Origin: Obrimoposthia wandeli
Taxonomy: Eukaryota
Direction of reading: 5' to 3'
Length of the DNA stretch: 64,000 nucleotides
Assembly (NCBI GenBank): GCA_977020255.1
Contig: CDROCS010001548.1
Coordinates: 372,001 to 436,000, forward strand
Below the pieces are notes generated by a model. That model was given only the letters and a program-made list of their open reading frames with translations, was not told the origin of the DNA and did no database searches. Both the position numbers and the translations under genes were made by a program. Of this stretch, positions 28,750 through 40,640 are shown piece after piece; positions within the stretch are counted from its first letter, which is position 1, and each line of letters opens with the position of its first letter.

Positions 28750-29730
28750 TAAGATGCTGATATCCAAGTTGGATCTGAATAACCATGCCATTTAACAATA
28801 TATTGTTTATGTTTATCAGTACCCTTAGATTTTAATATTTTTTGAATACGAAAACGTTAGGTTTATTTGATAAGACTTGTAGGTCTTGCTCGTAAAATTT
28901 ATCCTGAATGTAATTATTGTCAACATCTTTAATATTATACATTATTGGATTACTCTTTTGATCAATTTTACTTATAGAAAATATTTCATAGCCCCAATTT
29001 TGATCAAAATTTTGAATAAATGGAGTAAAGCTCATTTTAGAAATTCGAACATATTCGTTTTTCTTATATTTAGCTTTTTTAATATTTTCTTTTTTATTCC
29101 TGTCTATCCAAATATCCACAGAGTTTTTATTAGTAACGTCAACAGGTCTCATTTTCTTGAGACTTCTATGTTCAGAGTGATTATATGCATGTATTATTTT
29201 AGGTAAAACTTGGATCCATTTTTTATTACTTTCTTTTGTGAAAAATGTTTTTATTCGATCTCTTGAAGTACGATTAAATCTTTCTACTACTGCTGCTTTG
29301 TACTACAAAAAAACTGAGAAGTGATTTATATTATTTTGTTTAAATAATGATTGAACTTGCTTGTTATAAAATTCTTTTCCTAAATCAGTTTGCACATTTT
29401 GTGGAATGTCCTATTTTAATATTTCTTTAATGGCTCCAAGCATAGCTATTGAAGACTTTGCTTTAACTGGAATTGCACGAGCAAACCTGCTAAATACATC
29501 AATACATGTTAAAATATATCGATATCCCTTATTAATGGAAGAATATGGGATCATCTCCATCAAATTCATTTACCATAAATTATTAGGACCGCTGGTTTTG
29601 TAAGCTCTAGTTGGGAACCTTCTTCTCATCGGATTGTTCAGACTGTAGGCTAACTGATCGCTCAGCCATTTCTGCGTTTTCTTGTAATTCTTTTGTTCTT
29701 TTTGCCAATTTTGTGAAGGGAAATTTCATG
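28750..29730 (-). mobile_element. Maverick/Polinton retroviral-like integrase (rve plus chromodomain), pseudogenised
   Basis: KWLSDQLAYSLNNPMRRRFP, GYRYILTCIDVFSRFA, QTDLGKEF, KAAVVERFNRT, YVRISK, NWGYEIFSI, FYEQDLQ and a chromodomain-like tail; stops present. Confidence 0.9.
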
Positions 29731-29759
29731 CACCAATTACCTTCTAAGGATTACAATAT

Positions 29760-30910
29760 AATTTCTAAATGTCATTGCATTTTTTGTATTTTAAATTTAT
29801 TTTCCATACTGTCATTTACTGATGGCCTTCCTGGACATTTCCGAACACATGAAACGAAAGTATTATTTTTTGATTTAATTTCCAGATTTCCAATTTGAAA
29901 CACAAATATTTAATTATACGCTTTAAACATGAATTTTATATTGAAATATCTTTAATCGATATAAATTTTGTGAGGGCTAACACTATCGAGTGAACCAGAG
30001 ACCTCACGTGACAGGACAGATATCTTCAATTTTGATTTTGTTCCAGATTGTCGCGTTAATTGAGGATGTAGTGTATATGAAGTAGATGCTTCATCTTCAT
30101 CAACAACATCTTCCTCTTCTTCATCAATCATTTGTGTTTTGATCACCATCTTCTTTCTCTCTTCCTCCACCTTTTCCTGACAAATCCTCTCTTTTTCTAT
30201 CTGCAGTCGCTCAATGTCAATACCGGACATTCGTTGGTTGCGAGTATCCTCACCCTGACTAATCAGGAACTGTCGATCTTCATAGATTGTTATCTAAGTG
30301 GGCAACATCAAACAGTTCTGGTAAATCCCCTAGGAATAGCCCTTCATTCAATCTAGCTAACTCACGTTCCTAATTCATATTCCTTTTCAGTCCATTATAC
30401 CGGTTCACTAACTTTGTCAGCTTTGAAATCGCTTTCTCTAGGGTCATTGTAGGGATTCTGGCTCTGTTCCAAAAGTCATACACCTTATCCAAGGTCAGCT
30501 GGCAACTCCTCCTCACTGTTTGCTTTAGCTCCACATGATGGAACATAAATTTCAGCAAAACATCATTGTTCGAAGGTAGGCTATGTCCTAGAATGTACTC
30601 TGTAGCAAAGCCGATAAGCCAGCATCCGGAGTCTGAACGCAGCTTTCTAGCCATCAGTTATATTTAAACCTTGTCAACCACACAATATGCATAGCATCTA
30701 TAACAAACTATTTCAATGAATTAATGATTTAAATCATTGATTTAAAAATGCTTTTTTATATCTTACAAAATTGGGGGAGTGGCTCCCATTATCCTAGGGA
30801 CTTGAAATTTTGCACACTGCCTAATTTATACATATGGAACAAGAAAATCGAGGAAGTGAAGCTGAATTCTAAAGTTTTATTTTATGCATTTAGTTTTAAA
30901 CCACTCTATT
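29760..30910 (-). mobile_element. Putative DNA-transposon ORF relic (LPSNxxVL...FWxxARIPT family) with its 5' terminus
   Basis: ORFs 30370-30654 (LPSNNDVLLKFMFHH...FWNRARIPT...KLTKLVNRY) and 29952-30230, plus ELFDVAH...EDRQFLISQ between them, match a widespread invertebrate transposase-like N-terminus from memory; superfamily not determined. Confidence 0.55.
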
Positions 30911-32227
30911 GAACATGCAGATTGAGCTTGATGTGAGAGTCTGTCTGCAAGCGTTTTGATGTGTTCTCATACCAATAATCACCAATAAAATTTCACACGA
31001 CAGCAATTCAAATAGTACATTTTCAATTGCATTTCATTTCAGCACAACACAGCATTGTTGACACTTAACAATGGCTGCATAATTAACATCGACATTTATG
31101 AAGGCTATTTATTCACATAAAATCGTAACTTAATCTTGTTTATTTTCAAATGTCCATTTTATCATTATCATCTATGAAAATATGTGAGTCCATAATTTAA
31201 AAGCACTTAAAATTTTAGGCAAAATTCATTGTAATTTAAATTGTTTTCCACATAAAGATGAGACTGGAAATTTTATGTTAAGAAACTGTTAGAAAAGTTG
31301 ACATTTAAGTTTAATACAAATCGTATTAAATAACTTACTTTTTAAATTGAATCGGTTTATCAATTATATATAAATTAAGTTGTTTTTGTTCAATAAACTT
31401 TTGATATTATTTTTAAAGAATGACCATTGCTATTGTTTAGAATTTTTATATTCTGCTGAATTTTTTCCTTACTGTTCTATTTATATCACAGTTTAAAAAC
31501 CTTTCGTATGAGATAATTATCAAAAGGATGTTTTATTCATGCTGCTTAATATATCAATATACCGACCAAACTGAAATTTGTATAAAGGACAATTATTTTA
31601 ATTAGCAATTATGAAGTTGAAATTTCGTTTTAACTGATTACTGATTATTATATTCAAATCACAGTTCCGAATTTAAATTTTCTCTTTATATCGTTTTGTT
31701 TCTTTGGAATAATTCGTAAAACATTTCGTTACTATTGACATTTAGCAGAAAAGATAAAGAAAATAATTCATTAAATACACATTTATATGTTGAAACTACA
31801 GCTACTTAAAATTTCAATATGATTTTAGATGATGTTACTACCATAAAAGTATTTCAATGTATAATTATTTTACATGTTTTATTTTATTTATACTATCATT
31901 AAATTTAAGGTCTTTACTGATATAGGTTCGTTTAGATTATTCTTCGAAAATAAGACGATTATTACTTCAATTGTTTAGTAGAAATACTTTACTCTTCATT
32001 AAATATATGATAATCAATTAATGACTGTAAAATATTTATTTTTATTTCTAAAATAATTATTTTATAAGGTATTTTTGTTATTTACTTATTTAAAAATTAT
32101 GATAAGTAATTAGAACATGGGAAAAACACGACCAAAGAAATGATCATATTTCACATTTCCAAAATAAACAATGTTAGTCGCATTATTGTCTATAAGATTA
32201 ACAATAGATTTGAAAATATTACACGAA

Positions 32228-32553
32228 CTAGACAATTTTTAATGCTAACAATTACATAATCTATTTAATATTTTTCGTGATACGAGACCATATAAAGGAA
32301 GGTCTATAATGACTTTTGCAGTTTATGAGTAAATCAAATATATTTCAAATATATTTCAAATAATGCAGAATAATAAGATATATTTAATTGGTTCTTAAAT
32401 TCTATGTATTTTAAATTAATAATTATTATATTAATTAAATTTAATTCAGATGTGACAACTATATAATTTATTATATTGATTATAATAAAGTTGAAAACTA
32501 AAAAATCACTTTGTTTGTTTAGAACTATTTTTGTACATGAAAGAGACATTTCT
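32228..32553 (+). repeat. Copy 1 of a dispersed cryptic coding repeat (IFRDTRPYKGRSIM)
   Basis: Inverted homologs at ~53443-53910 (IFRDTKPFKGRSIM) and ~59590-59760 (IFRNARPYKG*SIM). Confidence 0.7.
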
Positions 32554-33562
32554 TGTGTTGGGTTTTCTATTTGAAAAGATCCTCGTATGGAGGCCCCTAA
32601 CGTGAGTTCTGTAGAAATAGGACTTACATATGTATGTGGCCTATCTTTTGGGTTTATTTCTCTTGTCTCAGTTCTGAAGGTTTTTGTGCTAGTGTATTGC
32701 CGTTGTGCAGAGAGCTGTGTTCACAAATATAACTTGTGTGGTTCCCACTAATGTAGTGTGATGTGTAACGTGTTTGATAGTGATCTACTGCTATATTTGG
32801 GTACCTGAAATTAATCTAGCCAAATGTAGGAAAAGCTATATTCTTATACCAACTAAAACAAAAGGGTTTAACAAATTGACAAATAGATTGTCTAACAAAA
32901 TTATTTCAACACACCGAAAACAAAGAATGAACCTATACTAGTTGCGTTTTAACAATTTTCCTAGTCTATTACAGGTATTGGGGTTCGATCTCTTGGTTAC
33001 AATTTCAAGTGTGATTTAGCTTTAATATTCAAGCAAATGATATTCTGTTCTAAATTTTTTATTAAATTATTGATAATTCACGGAAAATAATTCAAAATAA
33101 CTTTATTGTTAATAAACTTTTACTAATAATTCACGAGTAACAATTCAGATAGCTTTATCGTTATTAACTTTTACTTTTATTTTTTTACAGTTGTTCATTA
33201 CAATATAATATTATTTCCTTCGCTCTACTCACCTTCCTCTAATCCGTTCGTTAACCCTCCCGTGTATCCATGAAGTCCGGTTGCTGGCTCAGCTGGGATT
33301 CCTCAGTCTGGTTGTCCTTTTCGATGCGGCTGTCCCGATCGTCCTCTTTCACGATGTTCTTCGAAAGTTTGGATATTATGGTGACTCTGGTTGAATCCGT
33401 TAATTATTTCCTTAGATGACTGTTGACCTGTTTTCGACGATGGTGCAATTCCACACCCAAGAGCGTTGTCCCTTGCCTTTGCGAGTGATTTGTTGGCGTT
33501 CCATGAGAGTGGCGTTTCCAGAAGTCCTAACCTCTTTCTCTTCAACACTCTCTCAGGTTTCT

Positions 33563-33790
33563 CTAACAAAATTCCACCTGTACTTCTATGTCCTGTTGGT
33601 TGGGTTTTATTATGATGTACTTTGTGAGTTGTCTTCTGCATACAGGGCAGCGAGGATATGTTGGATGGGGTAACTCTCCATAAGTTATGATCCATTTTGA
33701 TAAACATTTCTTGTGATATAGGTGGTTGCAGGTATTGGGTCTTGTTCTTCGTCCTGGTATATCTTCTAAACATATTGGGCATTCCTCAGA
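33563..33790 (-). CDS. Small RING-H2 (C3H2C3) zinc-finger protein, putative E3 ligase
   Basis: MSEECPICLED...TCNHLYHKKCLSKW...RCPVCRR; all eight ligands present; ORF intact. Confidence 0.85.
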   Translation of the reverse strand, partial: SEECPICLEDIPGRRTRPNTCNHLYHKKCLSKWIITYGELPHPTYPRCPVCRRQLTKYIIIKPNQQDIEVQVEFC

Positions 33791-33889
33791 CATTCTAAAT
33801 ACGTTATGACAATTAATTTCTACATGATTTCTACATAATTCTACTCTCACTTTCTACAATATATTCTACATCTTTTTACACACTAATTT

Positions 33890-35040
33890 ATTTACAAACT
33901 CCTCTGACATGTAACATCTTTATGGGAGGTGAAGGCAAGGGTCTCAATTCCACTTCCTCCATCCTGGGTGGGTTACATCATCATAGTTCTTTACATCTTT
34001 GTCGTACCTTTGGGAATACCTGACTGCCTTTTACGCACATGACTGTCAGTAGAAATACTGCAGTAAAACAACGGCTATTACTATTAGACCATTCATTGGT
34101 GTCATTCCACTATCTGTGGATTGATAGTCATACCTCTCTTTCGTGTTTGCCGGTTTGACTGGTGTTTCCAGCAGTTCTGTTCGATTTCCGTATATTATTT
34201 TCAATTTTTCGATCATTGGAGGTTTCTAAGTTTTGGGTTCTTGTCTGAGTTTTATTATGATTCGAGAATTGAGATCTAATGGAACTGTTCCTTTCACACT
34301 TTCCTTTCCATGATCGTGCTTTGGTTTCTGGAATCTGGCTTTCTGGGGCTGGTCTTCATACCTGGTTCATTGAATCGACTCGTTCGGTTTTTTATAGTTA
34401 CATAGTATATTTGATCTATTATCACGATGATTACAGTAGAAGTTTTTCGAGCATCATTGGAAATTTGACTGCATGTCTATTCCGCATCGTATTTTAGATC
34501 CACAACTTGGGCTTGTGTTGTCTGTGGGCTCTTTGTATCAACATTTGGACAAACCACAACTACTTGGTCAGTCTTTAACAATCTGAAATATAGGGTAATG
34601 CAATTTCATATGATTCCATGTAGTCTGTTTGTGACTGCGATTTTGTCGATAACTTTCCAGATGCGTTCGTCATTAGGTACTATTACACTTCTTGTTCGGA
34701 TGACTTGGATGATCCATTTCTATTTAGATATGGTTATTCGAAGGTGTAAAACCTTCTCAGAATACAATAGAATGGGTTGGTAGTATGGTAAATTGTGGTC
34801 GATTTCCACCTTGATGTCACAAATAATGTACAATTCCTGGTCGACATATTTAGTCGCTGAGGTCTGTAGCTGCATGTTCGCCACGTGATTTTTTCTTTAG
34901 TCTGGGTATCTCTATATATAGAGCACGTATCCCATCTTGTCTCCACGTGTTTATAATAATTTCGTAACCAGCTTTAGTTGTCGTAACTTGTATAACCAGT
35001 ACAATTCCTATTATTGTACGTGTCCTAACCTCTGTGATTT
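33890..35040 (-). pseudogene. Disrupted type-I-membrane glycoprotein-like ORF (accessory gene 2)
   Basis: Signal-like TIIGIVLVIQVTTTKA, Cys-rich segments (ORF 34734-34946 and downstream), TM-like NGLIVIAVVLLQ, tail EEVELRPLPSPP; multiple stops and frameshifts; the C-terminal part is homologous to ORF 43842-44168. Confidence 0.55.
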
Positions 35041-35080
35041 CTCTCCTATATCCCAGACTATCGATAAAGTAAGGTCTTTC

Positions 35081-36010
35081 TTAGATACGTTCATATACCG
35101 TTGGCTGATATTCTGGTTCTGGTTCGTTTATGAATGATGGTATTGGTAGAGTTGTGTCGAATTTCTGTAAGTTCATCTGACCTGGTCGTCTTGAAAAATC
35201 TTGACATTTCTTTTTTGATTGTAATTTGACTTTTGTGCAACACATCAAGATGAGTAATATCAATATTATGAATCCGCTAATCATGGATACAATTGGATTG
35301 GCCAATTCTGGTATACCGTACTTTATTACTTCTATTCCTTTACTCTTGATGGTTAATATCTTGAATTTGTCTGCACTCTTGTTATATCACTCAGAAGATT
35401 TTAGTTTTTTCAAATGTGTTTCCTACTCATGTGACAATATTAATGCTATAATGTCCTCTGAGTGCCGTCACCTCTTTGGCTGGCATGATGCACACTCGTT
35501 CTGGGCAGTCTCTCACACACATTATTATTACTGGTTTATTGTGAGTTGTCTGGATTTTTTCCAAACTAATGTCTTGATTTCTCAGATGTAAATTATATTC
35601 TGGTAGCGTCATAAATTTGGGATTTACTGGTTGGAATAGCTTGTAGTATCAATCCAATCAAAAATACACAAATCAATTCTTGTGCGATAGTAGGCTTTGA
35701 TTATCATTTGGCAAAATGTTTTGGTTATTATTTGTTTCAGACATACTTGTTTCTGGTTGCATCGTTTTTGTCTTGGTTATTCATCGCTGTTTTGACATTT
35801 CACCAATTCCAGTTTTTCCGATAATCGACTGTACTTGTTTGTCTTGCATCACTAGCTCTCCGAATCCTGTTTTGGTGAACAAATATGTTTTACGTTCTTT
35901 TTTGTTTTTGATTATCACTCTCTTACTTCCATACTCACGTGTTTGATGACATCGCCGTCGAATATATACGTTGTATCTTTTGTATCTGTTTCTTTTTGTA
36001 TTTTCTTCGC
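35081..36010 (-). pseudogene. Disrupted membrane-protein-like ORF (accessory gene 1)
   Basis: Cys-containing fragments (MCVRDCPERVC), TM IVSMISGFIILILLILMCC, tail ending EPEYQPTVYERI; frames broken. Confidence 0.55.
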
Positions 36011-36019
36011 AATTCGTTT

Positions 36020-37430
36020 TCATCGTCCACATCCTGCAAACATTTCTGATATCCTATCGAGTGTACGCTGTCGGTCAGCTCCGTAGTTCATTCGGAATTG
36101 ATTTAGTCGTCTGTTTTGCGGATGATATAACGCTTCATCTACTATGTTATCCTTTATCCGTCCGCCTAGATAAACAAGTACTTCCGCCGTTGGTCCATTT
36201 GGTCTCTTCATTTTCACAAACTGGAATCTTTCTGTGTCGTTTCTTTTGAGTTGAAACAATTTCCTAATTAGCCAAACATCGATCAGTTCTATCAATACTA
36301 GTAATATCACGAGTGTCGGTGTATTATATTGCATGATGTAGTTGTTTATTTCTTTAAACCAGGAACCATTTCTGTGGTTGGATCCTATCTCTTGTGCTCC
36401 TGTTGTCGGCATTAGACAACTTAACAATACTAATGCTAGTAATCTTCGATACTGAGCTATCGGTACTGTTGCTACATTCGCACTCGGTTCTTGTTGTTTA
36501 TTCCTTTTTTCAGAATTTTTCTCTATGTCTCGAACGAGTAAAGGTTTGAATTCCGTGTCTGATCTATTCTGCTTCATATAGAACATCGCTTCCTCTGGTG
36601 TGTAACCATGGTATTCTACCAACAATGCTACACCCATGGTAGGTGCTAACATTGTGTCTTTATTCTGATATATCAGAACACCGTCTCCTTCTATGATTTC
36701 GTTTTGAATTGTTTGAGTCAACTTCGTCAAATGTTCTTGTGCATCAGTTACTTCTTGACTCGAAGCATGTATGTATCGTGTGGTATCGTCTTCAGTATTT
36801 TGACATATACTGATTATCTGACCTCCGATCTCTACAATGTTAATTACTCGGTTTATGCTATGGAATTTTAATCCAGCAGTATCTATATCTTCTGGATGAC
36901 ATAGAAATACTTTCGGCATTATCTCAGTGATTTTGTTGACTCCAGCTATAAATAATCCGGTCAACGATAATGATTGAAGGAAAGACCTTTCCTTTGGATC
37001 CTCTGGGATATCGTTCATCCGTCTTCGTTCCTGTAACATGATTTGGTATTTCGCCAATTGTCCCAACAAATTGATATTTAGGTTCACGATACTTCGTCTT
37101 TCTTGGAGATATGTCAGCGCTTCTAGTACTTGCATTCGTATATTCTTTATTAGATATGCCATCACCAAGGTTGCTGATGTAGAAATTCTTTTCTGGCTAT
37201 GTACCAATATTTTCTCTTGGTTTAGTAGTTCGTTGTAGATTATCTCGTTTGTTTCTTCGAACCCCTCGAAAAGATCAGCTTCCATTGAGTCTTTTATTCT
37301 TAATGTCATAGCTCTAATTGTCTTTTACCGAGATTCGTGATGTATTGTCACATTGATAACATATGTTATTTCTTTTTCTAACAGTTTATTTTCGTTTGTT
37401 GCATCTTCTACGTATCTGGAATTATCTCAC
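36020..37430 (-). CDS. Tandem dual-specificity-phosphatase-like pseudophosphatase domains followed by two hydrophobic segments (429-aa ORF 36020-37309; N-terminal extension frameshifted)
   Basis: ITYVINVT...IKDSMEADL...ILVHSQKRISTSATLVMAYL...ALTYLQERRSIVNLNINLLGQL is a DSP fold with HCxxGxxRS replaced; second domain EIMPKVFL...INRVINI...TPEEAMFYMKQNR; TM-like LLALVLLSCLM and TLVILLVLIELIDVWLI. Confidence 0.75.
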
Positions 37431-38061
37431 TCATCTCTGGCGTCATTTACGAATCGTCAAGGTTTAGTCTTTCTAACCTTTTCTCTATCTGTTCGTCTGT
37501 GATGAAAAGTTTTGCCAGTTTCTTTCCTCTTATCATTCGCATTGCTGTAGTAATACTCTTCTTCGTCTCAGGGGTTTGTTCCTTTGTTTTTTATTCTTCT
37601 GACTTGGTTTCTTCTTCAGATTCGATTCGCCACCCTTGTATGTTTTCCTTCACAAAGTCTTTGTTTCTTCTTTTCCTGTTCTCTTTAGCAAATACACATT
37701 CCATAGTTCTTTCGAATCATTCTATTTTTAAAAATATTATTATCAACCTATTTAATTTATCTCTTCGAAGAATATATCTACTCGACTTAACAAAGTTATT
37801 CACTTTATTTACCTCGAGGAACTTATCAACTCGATTTAAAACTTATTCAAATTACTTATCTCAATTTTACTTATATATTCTTCTTTATTTATTTATTTTC
37901 GATTTTTAAATTCTCGAATAATGTGTATCTAACCAATATTTCAATGTTATCTCTTGTTATATCATTATTTTTTAATTCTGATAAAAATTTGCTTATCCTT
38001 AATTTCTCTATAAAATATTTCGTCGACAAGACGATCCACTCCATTGTCTATATTTATAGTA

Positions 38062-38559
38062 TTATTCATATGAAACAATAGGTTTAAAGGGATTTTGTTT
38101 ATAGAAAAATAATAACAAGATGTAATAAAATCTAATCAAAATTTTCAATCCCAATATCATAACTTTACCACTGGAAAATATATTTAAACGTAGCGGTTTA
38201 AATTTCAAATAACTGAGAGCAGAAAAAATTTCCGGTTCAAACATGCATTCTTCTTTCATTTTTTCAGCAATTTTATAAATATTTATTTGTTTCCCGAGAT
38301 TAGCCGAAATTTTGATTGATTGTATTCGAATTCCAAATAGTAAATTGAACCCAAGCAAAGGTATTTTGTATCCCATAACATGACAACTTCCTAAAAGAAT
38401 TCAATATGAAAATATAATAAAAAACTAACCTGAGGGAAATAGAACAATTGTGAAATCATCAAACATTTTCACATATTGTCTCGGCTTCCATTCATTGAAT
38501 AATAAGTACGAAACATCATCTTCTATTCTGCTTTTATAATTTATATTTACGAGTTTCAT
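38062..38559 (-). CDS. Compact divergent TBP-fold (TATA-binding-protein-like) gene, 152 aa, one 39-nt intron (38429-38391)
   Basis: Exon 1 MKLVNINYK...WKPRQYVKMFDDFTIVLFPS, GTTAG...TTTTAG intron, exon 2 GSCHVMG...IRIQSIKISANLG...FEPEIFSALSY...LNIFSSGKVMILG (cf. TBP YEPELFPGLIY, LIFVSGKVVLTG); splicing removes an in-frame TAG. Confidence 0.75.
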
Positions 38560-38585
38560 TAGACTAAAATTGTATTCTGTAAATT

Positions 38586-38597
38586 CTTTTTTATATA
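38586..38597 (-). promoter_or_regulatory. TATA box upstream of the TBP-like gene
   Basis: TATATAAAAAAG on the minus strand ~30 nt upstream of the ATG; a CCAAT motif lies at ~38738 in the divergent intergenic region. Confidence 0.45.
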
Positions 38598-38807
38598 TGC
38601 CTGAACCTGCTGTTTACTGCACATTTCTTGTAATTATCTTACAAACCTATTATAATTGAATGATATATTTCTTCCAATCAATTTAATTTTTTAATGTGGA
38701 TTTTGTACAAACAAATTCAATGCTTTAGTTATATTAACCAATCAGATTCATGTCTTTGTTACAAATTAGTTTTAAAGAATGCGCATTTGGAGAACAAGTC
38801 ATAATAA

Positions 38808-39290
38808 ATGCATTCATATCAAAGACAATTAGCAATGATAGACGATAGCCAACGGATATTAAGCGGTGATGAAGATTTAGAAATATTTGAAGAAACGGAT
38901 AAGGATATGTATGAAGAAGTGAAACAATATTTCAAATACAAAGTCCGATTCTTGAAGAAGGCTCAACTGATTGCTTTAGTAAATCCTGTGACAATTGAAA
39001 GAAGAAAGTTCAGCTATTATGTATCAAATATTCAAAAACCAGATTTTCAATATCTTAAACAGAAAGTTGAAAAGGCAGTTCCAAATTTTACTTTCAATAA
39101 GAACGAATTTTATAGCCAATGCAGCCTTTCTAGATGACTATGGAAGAAAAATAGATGTTGATGCGTTTCCGACAAATAAGCAATGGACTGTAACAATTTG
39201 ATTTTATGGTTACAAGAAAGATGGAATAGGAACAAAGTTACCTATATGGAAAATTGAACGTGCTCATATCCCTATGTTATAACTATTTTC
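38808..39290 (+). pseudogene. Unknown ORF divergent from the TBP-like gene (109 aa to first stop; coding-like sequence continues)
   Basis: ORF track 38808-39137; in-frame continuation after TGA reads LWKKIDVDAFPTNKQWTVTI. Confidence 0.35.
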
Positions 39291-39929
39291 TTTCTTTTTG
39301 CATATAATAAATTGTAATCGGTTTTATTCATTTTTACTATGTTTCTTTCATTTGACAATTAATAATAAGATTTATTTTTCATAATACTTGTATCTTATAT
39401 GTATTTTTTTATAAACATTGTTTTTTTAATTAGTTTCTTTATTTTAGAATGGATCTTCATCTGAGATATGTAGGAAATTTTTATTATCCAGAAAGAATTT
39501 CAAAATGAAAACCATGTAATATATTAAAGAGGTATCAAATTATACGAGTTATGAATACTGTGAAAATATCAAAAGTGGAAAATAAATATCTAATTTAAAT
39601 TTTAACAACATCTGATATTGATCAATTGAAAATTATTTTGGGATTTTATATCCCTGATTAGGTATATGAATGAAATTTATACCAGCTTGAAACTGATCCC
39701 AGTCAGACTTTAGAGATGATCTAGGATATTTGATTGCTCCAATTTTAGATGAAGAACTATGGAATATTTCAATATGTCTCAATGAATATTTTGCTGATAA
39801 CGGGAAAATGTTGCCAGTAGTATATAGTGTCGGTACTAACTCAAAGGAACAATATGGTTTTGCAGTAAAAGGTACCCCACCTCTTGCCTTGAGTTAGTAT
39901 ACGCGATTTTCAGACCAAATTTAGATCAA

Positions 39930-40640
39930 GTCTCGAAATCCTGCATACAACACTAATATGGTTTTGGAGTAAAAGGTACCCCCCTGGGTACTGGATCATC
40001 ACTACCAATTTCAATGACTTCGAAATCACTACTACTATCTTTCCGACGTTGTTGATTATTTGTAAAATTCCTTCTTTTATCGAGTATTTTCTCGTCATTT
40101 CCTCATTTAAATCTCCTTTCACTAACAGTTCTTTGATTAAACTCAATTCTTCATCTTCCTTTTGTTTCTGGATGATTTCTTTGTCTATTTTCCCGGTTTT
40201 CAGCAAAATTGTTAGTAGGTTTGCTTCTCCTTATCGGTCATTGACTTCGCCTTGACCCTCTTCTTGGATTACGTGTCCTTTCTCATCTACATTTATCAAC
40301 CTTGACAAGCAATCTGCATTGCCATTCGACTTTCCGGTTCTAATTCGGATTTCTAAATCAAACTAAGCTAATTTCAAAAACCATTTGTTTAACCTGCTAA
40401 TTTCATCTCTATGTTTATATAAGAACTGTAGTGGTTTGTGATATGTATACAAGAATACTTTTTGTCATTCTTCCTTCCTAATCATCTTGTCCTAATACTG
40501 CTCCTACAGCATAGTTACTTGCATCTGTCATTAGTATGAATTGTAGATTCATATCCGGAAATGCTAATATCGGCGCCTTTATCAATATCTTTTCAGATCT
40601 TCGAACGCTTGTTGTGCTGCTTTACTCCATATGAATTTTT
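39930..40640 (-). mobile_element. Gypsy/Ty3 LTR-retrotransposon pol fragment (RT connection, RNase H, pre-integrase)
   Basis: KNEKFIWSKAAQQAFEDL, LIKAPILAFPD, FILMTDASNYAVGAVLGQ, NGNADCLSR, IIQKQKEDEEL. Confidence 0.85.

Noticed and set aside
32764-33202. Candidate 3' LTR (TGTAA...TTACA) with an upstream purine-rich tract for the accessory cassette
   Set aside because: No matching second LTR, no TSD, and the purine tract is ~12 nt away from the boundary; kept only as a weak hint.
33303-33782. 159-aa ORF overlapping the RING gene (also 43313-43705)
   Set aside because: Alternative frame of the RING sequence; its downstream part is not conserved between the two copies.
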